NCBI GenBank assembly: GCA_048886685.1
Contig: JBHLKM010000001.1
Coordinates: 64,001-128,000, forward strand
Direction: 5' to 3'
DNA: 64,000 nucleotides
Source of the DNA: Candidatus Hodarchaeota archaeon
GTDB lineage: Archaea; Asgardarchaeota; Lokiarchaeia; Sigyniarchaeales; SOKP01
In this document: positions 38,682-48,600 of the stretch, in pieces
How positions within the stretch are numbered: the stretch's first letter is position 1
Layout of the letters: each line of letters opens with the position of its first letter
Position numbers and translations under genes: made by a program
Notes under the pieces: model-generated
What the model saw: only the letters and a program-made list of their open reading frames with translations
What the model was told of the DNA's origin: nothing
The model's database searches: none

Positions 38682-39605
38682 TTATTGATATTTCAGTAAA
38701 AGTGAACCCGTCGATAATATTTTTAAAATTTTCTCCCAATAATATTCTATATCCCATTCCTGTTTATTTTTTATTTTTTGGGAGATTTCTTTCAATATTT
38801 CCCTTACTTTAAGTGAATCAAAGTAAGTTATGTTAGAAGCAATAATAGATAACATATATTGCTTTTCACCAAATCTTTCATTTTTATCTGGATATGCATC
38901 AAAAAGTGCATATCCTTTCTTTTTAATATTTTCAATGTTTAATAATATGCCTTGACTTTGCGTAATCTTATTCTGACCATAGATTGAGGTTGCTGCATGA
39001 AATAATTGCTTCCCTATTGTGTTAATTGAAATATGGCAACTCTTTTCCGAGGGATGGCTATTTTTTAATACAGGGCCTTCAATATCATCCCAAAATACAA
39101 GCAATAAACAAAATGGTAATTCATCTTCTTTCAAAATTGAAGGCTGGATTTCAATTTCAAATGAATTAAGCAATTGTTTAATCTTACTATTAATTAAATT
39201 TAAGCTTTTTTTACGAGCGAGTTTCCCTGAAATTGATGCTATTAAATCTCTCTCATTAAATGGTTTAGTGATATAATCATCAACGCCTAGCATTTTACCC
39301 AATCGAATATCTTCAGGTGTAGATTTTGCTGTAAGAAATAGAAAAGGTATTTGATTTAGATGAGCATGAGCAGATACAGCAGCGAAAAACTCATAGCCAT
39401 TCATATTGGGCATCATTATATCACTTATTATTAAGTCAGGAACTTTTCCTGACTTAAGTAGACTGAGTGCTTTTTCTCCGTTAATGGAAGTCATGATATC
39501 ATAACCCTTTTCTTCTAGCATAATTTTTAGGTTGAATAAGATATCTTGGTTATCATCAACGACTAGGAGAAGAGGTTTTGAATCAGGCATTATGATTTTT
39601 CTCAT
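38682..39605 (-). CDS. Response regulator: REC domain plus C-terminal longin/uDENN-like domain
   Basis: REC: VVDD, SDIMMP (D62), FLTAK, YITKPF. C-terminal domain: LLVFWDDIEGPVL..HP and DKNERFGEKQYMLSII. REC is secure; the longin call is an inference. Confidence 0.8.
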   Translation of the reverse strand: MRKIIMPDSKPLLLVVDDNQDILFNLKIMLEEKGYDIMTSINGEKALSLLKSGKVPDLIISDIMMPNMNGYEFFAAVSAHAHLNQIPFLFLTAKSTPEDIRLGKMLGVDDYITKPFNERDLIASISGKLARKKSLNLINSKIKQLLNSFEIEIQPSILKEDELPFCLLLVFWDDIEGPVLKNSHPSEKSCHISINTIGKQLFHAATSIYGQNKITQSQGILLNIENIKKKGYALFDAYPDKNERFGEKQYMLSIIASNITYFDSLKVREILKEISQKIKNKQEWDIEYYWEKILKILSTGSLLLKYQ

Positions 39606-39655
39606 TAGATTAGTAAGAAGATATTTAAACCTTTAATATTTAAAATTTTTTGAAA

Positions 39656-42175
39656 TCAATCAATTAGAGGTAGAAAGACAAAAAATGTTGTTCCTTTCTC
39701 TAATTCACTTTCAACGAAAATTTTCCCCTTATGAGCTTCAATTAAATCTTTTACTATAGCTAGCCCTAATCCCGTTCCAGAAATTTCATTAACATTGCTA
39801 GAACGGAAAAAACGTTCAAATATATGAGGAATATCCTCCTTTGGGATACCACGACCATGATCTCTGAACTTAAAGAGAATGCCTGGACTTTTATTCGGGT
39901 TATATTGGCCTTGGTAATCCTTAAGAGCCTGAATTTCTATTTTTGAATTTTCCTTCGAATATTTAATTGCGTTATCAATAATAATTCGAAAAATTTGGTC
40001 GACTCTTTTTAAATCACCTTTTAAACGAATAGTTTCATCTATATTCATTTCAAAACGGATATTCTTTTCTTTTCCGATTGGTTCTAAGAGATATAAAATC
40101 TCCTTAATTATCTCTAATGGACTATATTCTTCCCATCCCAATTCTAATCGTTTTTCATCTATTCTTGAAATAAGTAAAATATCATCACTCAATTCATTTA
40201 GCAATTGGGCGTTTCTAGAGATACCATCCATCAATTTTTTTTCCAAATCTTCTGTAAGTTCAGTTTTATGTTTAGAAAGATATTCCAAAGACATTAAAAT
40301 TACTGTAATTGGAGTTCTTAATTCATGTGAAACGGTAGATATTAATTGAGATAATTTTTCTTCAGCCTTTTTCCTTTCTGTTATATCCATTCCATATATA
40401 TTTACATAATCCACATTTTCTACAGGGGTCACAACCAGCGTGTAAGTTCGGTCATGCAATTTAACATCAAATTCTTGGATCTCCTTATTTATTATGGAAT
40501 TTGTGATAGCTTCTTTTAATATCTCTGGAACTGCTCCACCTTCATAAATATTAAAAAGTGTTTTTCCAATTTTGTTAGAATAGATTACTTTTTGATTATT
40601 TACCCTTAAGACCGGATTTGGATTTTCGGAGGGAAATTTTGATAAATTTTGTATTTTTTCTTCTGACCTCTTTTTTTCGCTTATATCTCGAGCGATTGCC
40701 GAAGCCCCAATGATTTTATTATTTACATCTTTTATTGGTGAAATCGTAAGAGAGACATTAACTTTTGATCCATCTTTTCTAATTCTTTCAGTTTCAAAAC
40801 CTGCAATTTTTTCTCCCCTTTTAATTCTATTTAATATTGCAGAGATCTCTCTCTCACGGTTAGGAGGTGATATAAGCTCTATTGACTTTCCTATCATTTC
40901 TTCAGCAGAATAATAATAAATTTTCTCAGCTGCTTTATTCCAACTGGTAACTATTCCATCTAATGTTTTACCTATTATAGCATCCTCTGATGATTCAACT
41001 ATAGAAGCTAATCTCGTCTTTAATTCTTCTGCTTTCTTTAGTTCTGTTATATCTCGAAAGGTAGATTGGAAATAAGACTTTTCAGATAGTTGGATTACCT
41101 TCATAATTACAAAAATATCTTTAATTTCTCCAATTTTAGTACGAAATTTTGTCTCAAAATCATCACGTCCTTCCCTTAGTATCTTTTCTACATGAGCTCT
41201 TGTCTCTGAAGGACCTTCTATAATATCATAATCATTAATTTTTAATTTTTCAAATTCTTTACGTGAATAGTCCAATAATTTATATGCAGCTTCATTAAAT
41301 TCAATTGGCGTAAAATTATCAAGCTCAAAAATTACAATTCCGTCAGGAGATTGTTCAAAAGCAGTATGATAACGATCCTCTGCTTCTTTAATTTTTCGAA
41401 ATAATAAATTAAAGGGTTTCTTTATTCCAATTTGAATAATGGATTTGTACAGAAGATAAAAGGCGATTATTTTAAAGATATGCCCAACAACGTTAGAAAA
41501 ATCATAAACTCCAATATAGAAGGTGAATGCTAATTCGGCTATGATGGTTGCTAAAATTGAACTAAAAATTAAATACAAAACTATTTTATCAAACTCAATG
41601 CTTTGTTTGAAAATAATTAATATGCAAATCAGGTATATGGAAATAATAATATATTCACTCACTATTTTAAATGGAGTTAACCCATCTATATAACAAATGG
41701 GAAATAATTCAGCAAAAATAAGAACTATCAGCACCAGTGTAACACCTAAATAAGAAAGGATAAGGAAAATTGGTTTTATGCTTCTCTTAATTACAAGTGA
41801 TGCCATTAAACATGAACCCGCTTGAAGATACCTTGCAGCAATCCATAGAGATGTTGGAAGATTAGAAGTATAACCTTCAAAAATATTCATACCGGTATAA
41901 GCTAAGGTATGAATCAGGTCAATAATCCCAATAAAAAGAGATGATATACCTAGAACCAAAAAAAAAGAATTTTTCATATATTTACGCGAGTTCCAACCTA
42001 CAAAAAACACACCACCAGCTATAACTATACTAAATACCTCAGCAATGCTATGGAATAACAAAAATTTATAAAATCTTGAAAAAAAGGTAAATAACAGAGC
42101 TATTGAAAAGATTATTATTTCAAATAATACTGGACTTATTCTGTGTAAGGTGGTTTGATTATTTTCATTCAACAT
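39656..42175 (-). CDS. MASE3-PAS-PAS sensor histidine kinase
   Basis: LLFHSIAEVFS MASE3 membrane domain, two clear PAS domains, SHELRTP, NAIKYS, DHGRGI, GTGLGL. Confidence 0.93.
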   Translation of the reverse strand: MLNENNQTTLHRISPVLFEIIIFSIALLFTFFSRFYKFLLFHSIAEVFSIVIAGGVFFVGWNSRKYMKNSFFLVLGISSLFIGIIDLIHTLAYTGMNIFEGYTSNLPTSLWIAARYLQAGSCLMASLVIKRSIKPIFLILSYLGVTLVLIVLIFAELFPICYIDGLTPFKIVSEYIIISIYLICILIIFKQSIEFDKIVLYLIFSSILATIIAELAFTFYIGVYDFSNVVGHIFKIIAFYLLYKSIIQIGIKKPFNLLFRKIKEAEDRYHTAFEQSPDGIVIFELDNFTPIEFNEAAYKLLDYSRKEFEKLKINDYDIIEGPSETRAHVEKILREGRDDFETKFRTKIGEIKDIFVIMKVIQLSEKSYFQSTFRDITELKKAEELKTRLASIVESSEDAIIGKTLDGIVTSWNKAAEKIYYYSAEEMIGKSIELISPPNREREISAILNRIKRGEKIAGFETERIRKDGSKVNVSLTISPIKDVNNKIIGASAIARDISEKKRSEEKIQNLSKFPSENPNPVLRVNNQKVIYSNKIGKTLFNIYEGGAVPEILKEAITNSIINKEIQEFDVKLHDRTYTLVVTPVENVDYVNIYGMDITERKKAEEKLSQLISTVSHELRTPITVILMSLEYLSKHKTELTEDLEKKLMDGISRNAQLLNELSDDILLISRIDEKRLELGWEEYSPLEIIKEILYLLEPIGKEKNIRFEMNIDETIRLKGDLKRVDQIFRIIIDNAIKYSKENSKIEIQALKDYQGQYNPNKSPGILFKFRDHGRGIPKEDIPHIFERFFRSSNVNEISGTGLGLAIVKDLIEAHKGKIFVESELEKGTTFFVFLPLID

Positions 42176-42254
42176 TTTTGGATATCTTTATCTATAAATA
42201 TCTAAAATTTGCACTTAATTTATAAATAGCTTTAAATTTTTTTTTAAAAAATGA

Positions 42255-42803
42255 TTAAGTGATTGTAGATTTCTCAAATGTTGCATATATTGATGTTTTA
42301 TGTAGTGAATAAATTAAATTTGGGGGAATTACTTCCTTGATCTTCGTAATCAAGCCATCAATGATAATTTCATTTAATTCTTGATCAAATTCTAGGTCTG
42401 GATCATATTTATGAAGAAAAATGGAAAAATCAATTTCATTGAGGTTTTTAATTGCATTTATCATTTTTTTTAGGTAACTGATTGCGAGATTATATCGTTT
42501 TGTATCTTGAACATCAAAAACATATATTATTTTTTTAGTCCCTCTCAAAATATTTTCTATATTTTTAAAATACTCATCATGATATGCTTCTTGACCCCCA
42601 AGATCCCAGATAGCATATTTCGAGTCTAAGGCTTCAAATCGTTCTATTTCTAAACCTCTTGTAGGATTTGGGAAATTAAACGCAGATAATCCCTTGATTC
42701 CTTTCAAACATTTTAATATCGAAGTCTTACCACCATTATCTAAACCTATCAATAAAATTTTTATTGAATCTTCTGATGAGTCAATATAATTTGTATTATT
42801 CAT
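42255..42803 (-). CDS. Small GTPase, Arf/Rag-like
   Basis: G1 GLDNGGKT, G2 PTRG, G3 WDLGGQ, G4 HKYD, G5 TSIY. Confidence 0.9.
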   Translation of the reverse strand: MNNTNYIDSSEDSIKILLIGLDNGGKTSILKCLKGIKGLSAFNFPNPTRGLEIERFEALDSKYAIWDLGGQEAYHDEYFKNIENILRGTKKIIYVFDVQDTKRYNLAISYLKKMINAIKNLNEIDFSIFLHKYDPDLEFDQELNEIIIDGLITKIKEVIPPNLIYSLHKTSIYATFEKSTIT

Positions 42804-42843
42804 GATTCTAAGAAAAATTTAAAATTAATTGTAATATCCGAAA

Positions 42844-43203
42844 TTAAGACAGGGTATCGATAATATCAACATCTCTTATATCATCTCTTATATTTTTTAG
42901 TTTTTCTTTGTTGATAGTATTCGCAAAAGTACTTATCTGGGCTATGAACTCATTGATATTAATATTTTTTTTAAGCTTGTAATATTTTATATTATTTTTT
43001 CTCTCAAAATCTATAAGGTTATTATCAACAAGAATGTTCAAATGCTTTGAGGTTGTAGATTGAGACCTACCTAATCTTTCTTTAATTTTTGATGCTGGCA
43101 TTTCATTATCCTTTAAAATTTCTAGGATATCTAGTCTTGTGGTATCTGCTAAAACCCTTAAGAACTCAACAATCGATTTTTTAATTTTAGCCTCGATGCT
43201 TAT
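42844..43203 (-). CDS. ArsR/SmtB-family winged-helix regulator (N-terminus extended to an ATA codon)
   Basis: Frame is open upstream of the listed ATG: SIEAKIKKSIVEFLRVLADTTRLDILEIL...SQSTTSKHLNIL; GGAG precedes ATA at 43203. Confidence 0.8.
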   Translation of the reverse strand: MSIEAKIKKSIVEFLRVLADTTRLDILEILKDNEMPASKIKERLGRSQSTTSKHLNILVDNNLIDFERKNNIKYYKLKKNININEFIAQISTFANTINKEKLKNIRDDIRDVDIIDTLS

Positions 43204-43401
43204 CGAACTCCAGAATCATATTCTATAAGAATCTGTTTTTTTAGCTTTTTAAAGCTTATTTTAATGAATTATTAATGTTACATTATTAATACGAAAATTA
43301 GTAAGATTTATATAGTATGTTATTGTAATATTATTGTATCGTGGTATCGCGATATGTGAACATTACTTAATATTTTATTTTAGAAAAAAGGGAGAAATAA
43401 A

Positions 43402-43914
43402 ATGATAAGCGAGAAGATTGGAATTGACCAAATCGATTGTAGAATAATGGATTTAATCCAGAAAGCTCCAAACCTCACTCATACTGAAATTGCAACCCAT
43501 GTGAATCGTAGTCAACCTACTGTAGGAATGAGAATTAAAAAACTTGAGAATTTAGGTGTTTTAAAGTATCAGGCAGGTATAAACATGAAAGTGGCAGATC
43601 TCTGTTTTGTTAGAGCTGAGGTTCAAACTAAAAATCCGAAAAAGGTTATTGAAATTGTTAAAATTTGTCCTTTCATGTTAAATGCATTTCGATTGAGTGG
43701 AAATGCGAATGTCAGCATTTTAATGGTAGGTTTAAGTTTTAAAGATATTGATCACATCGTTAACCGTCATTTTCGTAACGATCCAAATGTTATTAGTGTC
43801 CATATTGATGTAATCGCTGATATTGTAAATGACCTTGTTCTACCAATAGATCTAAATCTTGAATACGGAAAACTTGAAATAAAAAGTTGTTGTTGTGGAA
43901 TGTGTAATTGTTAG
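43402..43914 (+). CDS. Lrp/AsnC-family regulator with Cys-rich tail
   Basis: HTH THTEIA..VNRSQPTVGMRIKKLE; CPF; C-terminal CCCGMCNC. Confidence 0.88.
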   Translation: MISEKIGIDQIDCRIMDLIQKAPNLTHTEIATHVNRSQPTVGMRIKKLENLGVLKYQAGINMKVADLCFVRAEVQTKNPKKVIEIVKICPFMLNAFRLSGNANVSILMVGLSFKDIDHIVNRHFRNDPNVISVHIDVIADIVNDLVLPIDLNLEYGKLEIKSCCCGMCNC

Positions 43915-43950
43915 ATTTTTATTTAAAATTATCTCTTTTTCTATATATCT

Positions 43951-44199
43951 TTAATCTATAGTTATCGCCCTTAATTTACACGCTGTTGTACACATGTGGC
44001 ATTTAACACACATTTCTTCGCGATCATCGACAACTATACATTTAGGAGTAGATTCTTTATTAATAACTACATAAATCCCTCTAAAGCAGGCTTCTTCGCA
44101 TGAAAATTCCTTACAAATGCTACATTTACGCACATTTATATGATGGAATTTATAGCTTTCGACGCTACTTTGCTTTTCTGCCTCACTCATCATGATCAT
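43951..44199 (-). CDS. Ferredoxin-like 2x[4Fe-4S] protein
   Basis: CSIC...CEEAC and CVKCHMCTTAC. Confidence 0.8.
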   Translation of the reverse strand: MIMMSEAEKQSSVESYKFHHINVRKCSICKEFSCEEACFRGIYVVINKESTPKCIVVDDREEMCVKCHMCTTACKLRAITID

Positions 44200-44349
44200 T
44201 CAAATATGAAAAGGTTTATATCTATTTAGTTTATAAAATAGAAACAAAATTATAGAACTGATTGAGAAAATATTAAGAAAATTTACATTATATTCTAGAT
44301 TTCATTATTTTGTTTTCTTATTTATTTAACACTTGGATGATGAAATATT

Positions 44350-45096
44350 TTGTCAGGTAAAGTTTTATATTCAGAACTTAATCCGCAAGAATTTAAAAGT
44401 CGAATACTGGAAGCTCCTATTGCCTATTTACCATTAGGTACTCTTGAATGGCATGGTAAACACTTGCCTTTAGGAACAGATGGTCTAATTTCTTCAGGAT
44501 TTTTTATAGAACTTGCGAACAATATTGGAGGAATTGTTCTTCCCATGCTTTTTCTTGGACCAGATTTATTTAGAAATATAAACGAAAAAGATTACTATGG
44601 AATGGATATTCATAGTTATCCATCAAGTAAACCTGAACAATTACCAGGTAGTGCCTACTGGGTAAATAATGAACTTTTTAAGCAAATTATTGAGGTTACC
44701 CTAAAGCAACTTAAGAGAGCGGGTTTTAAGATTATAATAGCTCACGGTCATGGTCCATCAACATTGTTGTTTGCTCAGTTTAGTAAGGAGTGGCAAAACA
44801 AGTTTGGGTTAAATCTTTTTACATGTTGGCAAAGGGGTGAATCACCTGAATTTGGTCTACAAACAGACCATGCTGCTTCGAATGAAACGTCTCTCATGAT
44901 GGCATTAAGACCCGAACTTGTAAATTTAAATAATCTCTCTAAAAACATGAATAAAAAACCACTTGGTCTTATTGGTAAAGATCCACGAAAACATGCAAAT
45001 TCTGAGCTTGGAACAAAAATCATCACTAGACAAATTGAGAATATGGCAATTATTCTAAGGGATAAACTAGAAGAATTGTCTAAGAAAGTAGATTAG
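44350..45096 (+). CDS. Creatininase-family amidohydrolase
   Basis: PLGTLEWHGKHLPLGTD, HGHG, DHAASNETS. Confidence 0.9.
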   Translation: MSGKVLYSELNPQEFKSRILEAPIAYLPLGTLEWHGKHLPLGTDGLISSGFFIELANNIGGIVLPMLFLGPDLFRNINEKDYYGMDIHSYPSSKPEQLPGSAYWVNNELFKQIIEVTLKQLKRAGFKIIIAHGHGPSTLLFAQFSKEWQNKFGLNLFTCWQRGESPEFGLQTDHAASNETSLMMALRPELVNLNNLSKNMNKKPLGLIGKDPRKHANSELGTKIITRQIENMAIILRDKLEELSKKVD

Positions 45097-45180
45097 ATTA
45101 ATTAATACTCTATAATAAAACCTTTTAATTTATAAAGATGAATTAGTCTTACTAAAGATACTTGAGAAATTACTAATTTT

Positions 45181-45849
45181 ATGGCTCCTGAAAAATTTCC
45201 CATTTTTAAAATACCTAACTTGATGAAGGGTATTTTTTTATCAAGACCCAATAGATTTGTAGGAGAAATCGAGTATAAAGGGCAAATTGACACCGCTCAT
45301 ATTCACGATCCTGGTAGATTAAAAGAATTGCTTATTAAAGGCGCTGAAGTTTTATTTACACATTCAAAAGGCAAATTAAAGTATTACATCAAGGCCGTTC
45401 GTATTAACGATGAGTGGGTTCTCATAGACACAGCTCTACACTCTAAAATTGCCATGAAAGTGTTTGAGTTTCTATCAGAATTCTCTGCTGTAAAAGAAAT
45501 TAAAAAAGAAGTGAAAATTGGGAATAGTAGAATAGATTTTGCCCTTGATGGAGTACCATTAGAAGTTAAAGGTGTGTCATTAGTTGAGGACGAAATTGCT
45601 CTTTTCCCTGACGCACCTACAGAACGGGGAACTAGACACGTAGAAGAAATTATTAAGCATAATGGGATTATCTTACTTTTAGTTGTTCGCAAGGCTAAGA
45701 GCTTTGCTCCAAATTGGGAGATGGATCAAAAATTTTCTAATACTCTAAGCGAAGCAAGAAAAAATGGAATTCGAATTGTTCCCGTTCAAATTAGTTTTGA
45801 TGGAAAAACAATCTATTATCATGGAATAATCCCACTTTCGGACTTTTAA
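45181..45849 (+). CDS. sfsA: SfsA DNA/RNA nuclease family protein
   Basis: RPNRF, HDPGRLKEL, SRIDF, EVKG, FPDAPTERG.RH. Confidence 0.93.
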   Translation: MAPEKFPIFKIPNLMKGIFLSRPNRFVGEIEYKGQIDTAHIHDPGRLKELLIKGAEVLFTHSKGKLKYYIKAVRINDEWVLIDTALHSKIAMKVFEFLSEFSAVKEIKKEVKIGNSRIDFALDGVPLEVKGVSLVEDEIALFPDAPTERGTRHVEEIIKHNGIILLLVVRKAKSFAPNWEMDQKFSNTLSEARKNGIRIVPVQISFDGKTIYYHGIIPLSDF

Positions 45850-45992
45850 TTAAAGTGCTATAAAAAAAGTTTCATTTTTTGATGTTTAAAATCGAAATAA
45901 ATGAAGACTAATTTCTTATAAATTCCTCCTAATATTTTATAAGTTGTAAAAATTGTTACATAATTAGTAACTAAAATTTTGTTAGAAATATT

Positions 45993-46547
45993 ATGATATC
46001 AGATAAATTAAAGCTTGATGATATTGATAGGCAGATAATTTCTCTTGTTCAGGATAATCCATCTCTAACACATACAGAAATTGCCACGAAGATAGATAGA
46101 TCGCAACCAACAGTCGGTATGCGGATAAAAAAGCTCGAAAAAAATGGGATCTTACAATTTCAGCCAGGTATTAATTTTAAGAAAGTCGATTTACATTTAG
46201 CGACAGTCGAGTTAAAGACGAAAAATCCTGAACAAATAATGGATATGGCTAAGCACTGTCCTTTTATGCTAAACGCATTCCGTTTAAGCGGAGAACATAA
46301 TCTTTGTATCCTTCTTGCCAGTTCTAAGCTTCAGAAACTTGATAATATTATAAATTACCATTTTCGAAATAATCCTGAAATTTCAAATGTCTCAATGGAA
46401 ATTGTAATTGACATTGCAAAGGATTTTATTTTGCCTATTGATTTTGATTCCGAAGATCATGATCCTACTCTCGAAGAGGGATGTGGTGATAAATGTAAGT
46501 ACAAGATTGCCCAAGCTAAGGGATTAATATCATCCCCAAATCAATAA
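45993..46547 (+). CDS. Lrp/AsnC-family regulator
   Basis: THTEIA..IDRSQPTVGMRIKKLE, CPFMLNAFRLSG, tail CGDKC. Confidence 0.88.
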   Translation: MISDKLKLDDIDRQIISLVQDNPSLTHTEIATKIDRSQPTVGMRIKKLEKNGILQFQPGINFKKVDLHLATVELKTKNPEQIMDMAKHCPFMLNAFRLSGEHNLCILLASSKLQKLDNIINYHFRNNPEISNVSMEIVIDIAKDFILPIDFDSEDHDPTLEEGCGDKCKYKIAQAKGLISSPNQ

Positions 46548-46843
46548 ATTATTCTTTTATTGAAGAACTATATTATAGAGATTATACTCGGGCATATCTT
46601 ATAAAAAGAAAAAATTCTTTTTTCAGGATTCCTCCTTTGTTTAAAAATTAAAAAACGAAGATTAAAAATTTGTTACTCATCTTCTTCGCTGAATTTGAAC
46701 CATGGTCAGTCTTCTACCATATTACAGGTCTGATTATAATCTAAGATGCTAGCCAAATTCTTTCAAAAAGTAAAGAAGATTTAATAACATACCAAGATTA
46801 ATTATTAAAAATATAAAATTCAATAAAAAAGATGATGTGAAAA

Positions 46844-47692
46844 ATGGTAGAATATGAAACAATAAAAGTTCAAGAACATGAAGATGGTATTTCTATTATA
46901 ACTTTTAACAGACCAAATAAGTTAAATGCAATCAATTTCCAGTTTATAGAGGATTTGCAAGACTATCTCAAGAAGGTAGAAAACAATCTTAGTATTCGGG
47001 TTGTAATTTTAACGGGTGAAGGTCGTGCGTTTTGTTCCGGATTGGATATAAAAGATAGTCAAATTATTTTAAAGAAAAAAATACCTGAAGATCTTCACAA
47101 ATTTAGATACCTTCAATTAAAAGATAAAATTAAAAGAATAGCAATTGTACAAAAGCTACTTTCTCAGATAATGGTACAACTAAGGAGAATTCCTCAGCCC
47201 ATTATAGCAGCAATAAAAGGATCGGCATACGGTGGTGGACTAAGTTTTGCTTTGGCGTCTGATATCAGAATTGCAGGGGAAAGTGCTGAGTTCTGTAATG
47301 CTTTTATTAACGTTGGTCTTTCTGGGGCTGATTGTGGAAGCTCTTATTGGTTACCCCGATTAATTGGATTTTCTCGAGCAGCAGAATTTATGTATACGGG
47401 AAGAGTTATTGATGCTAAAGAAGCTGATAAAATTGGATTTGTATCTAAAGTAGTACCTGACAAAGAAATCCTCAATGAAGCACTGAACGTTGCGAAACTG
47501 ATATTAACAAAAAGCCCGATAGGTTTAAGGTTTACAAAAGATGCTCTTAATATGAATGTCGATGCACCCTCACTCGAGGCTGCTGCAAAATTGGAAAATA
47601 GGACTCAGGTCATTTGTATTAATGCAGATGATATGCTTGAGGGTGTTTTTGCTACTCTCGAAAAAAGAGTTCCTAACTACGATAAATGGTAA
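46844..47692 (+). CDS. Enoyl-CoA hydratase/isomerase
   Basis: NRPNKLNA, GRAFCSGLD, AYGGG..ALASDIRIA. Confidence 0.93.
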   Translation: MVEYETIKVQEHEDGISIITFNRPNKLNAINFQFIEDLQDYLKKVENNLSIRVVILTGEGRAFCSGLDIKDSQIILKKKIPEDLHKFRYLQLKDKIKRIAIVQKLLSQIMVQLRRIPQPIIAAIKGSAYGGGLSFALASDIRIAGESAEFCNAFINVGLSGADCGSSYWLPRLIGFSRAAEFMYTGRVIDAKEADKIGFVSKVVPDKEILNEALNVAKLILTKSPIGLRFTKDALNMNVDAPSLEAAAKLENRTQVICINADDMLEGVFATLEKRVPNYDKW

Positions 47693-47871
47693 TTACACCA
47701 GCTTAAAGAACATGTAAATTCATTTTACTTACAAAAGGAAGCATTTGTGAAACAGGTCCGACTGTAATATAGATTACTCTGTTATGAGATAAAAACATCT
47801 GATTAAATCAAATAAAATCTGATTTTCGATTAAGTAATAATGATTATTTAAAGAAAAAATAAATTTAATAC

Positions 47872-48438
47872 TTAGTCTTCATCTTCTTGACGGAATTTGA
47901 ATTTTGGTAAGTCTTCTGCCATATTACAACCAGGTCCGCAATATCTTCCATCAAAATCCTCTATCTGGAAATCTATCGGCACAACAAAATCATGTATACT
48001 TTCGATTAAGATATTGGTCTTAACATTGATTACATTTTTATCGCGTCTAAAGCATAGGTCAATGAGCTTTTCGATTGTTTGTAAATCTGAAGCAGCAATA
48101 AAGCATAATACATTGAACTCCCCTGAAATTTTAAACGCGTGGTTTATAAAGGGGCAATTCTCAATTTTCTTAACAATCATTTCAACATCTTTAGTAGAGA
48201 TATAGACGATAGCAACCTTAATATCAACTTTCTTTATATTGAAACCAACCTGTTTTGTAAGCAGATTCTTTCTTTCTAACTTTATAATTCGAGCTCCTAC
48301 GGCTGGTTGAGATTTTTCAATCTCTTTTGCTATATCTGAATGGGTAATATCCGGGTTCTTCTCAATCATCTCAATTATCTTCTTATCATCGTCGTCGATT
48401 GAAAGTAACTCATTAAAACTTTTTTTCTTCATATCCAT
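47872..48438 (-). CDS. Lrp/AsnC-family regulator
   Basis: THSDIA..IEKSQPAVGARIIKLE, CPFINHAFKISG, tail CGPGC. Confidence 0.88.
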   Translation of the reverse strand: MDMKKKSFNELLSIDDDDKKIIEMIEKNPDITHSDIAKEIEKSQPAVGARIIKLERKNLLTKQVGFNIKKVDIKVAIVYISTKDVEMIVKKIENCPFINHAFKISGEFNVLCFIAASDLQTIEKLIDLCFRRDKNVINVKTNILIESIHDFVVPIDFQIEDFDGRYCGPGCNMAEDLPKFKFRQEDED

Positions 48439-48600
48439 TTTTAATCAAGAAAACCTAATAATTTAAACTTGATTTTAATGAATTTAAATCTTTATAAATC
48501 TACTAATTTAGAGATATAACAATTTAGGATTAAAAATTTATAATTTAAATACTGAAATTAAGACATTGATTTTAGATAGTTTAAAAGTTTAATTTTTGGA

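Noticed and set aside
43345-43354. Perfect palindrome TATCGCGATA between the divergent arsR and lrp genes
   Set aside because: A plausible operator, but a single 10-bp palindrome with no second copy noticed is insufficient evidence.
46550-46790. Possible decayed minus-strand ORF or structured RNA between the Lrp and enoyl-CoA hydratase genes
   Set aside because: Multiple stops, no recognisable motif and no convincing stem-loop.
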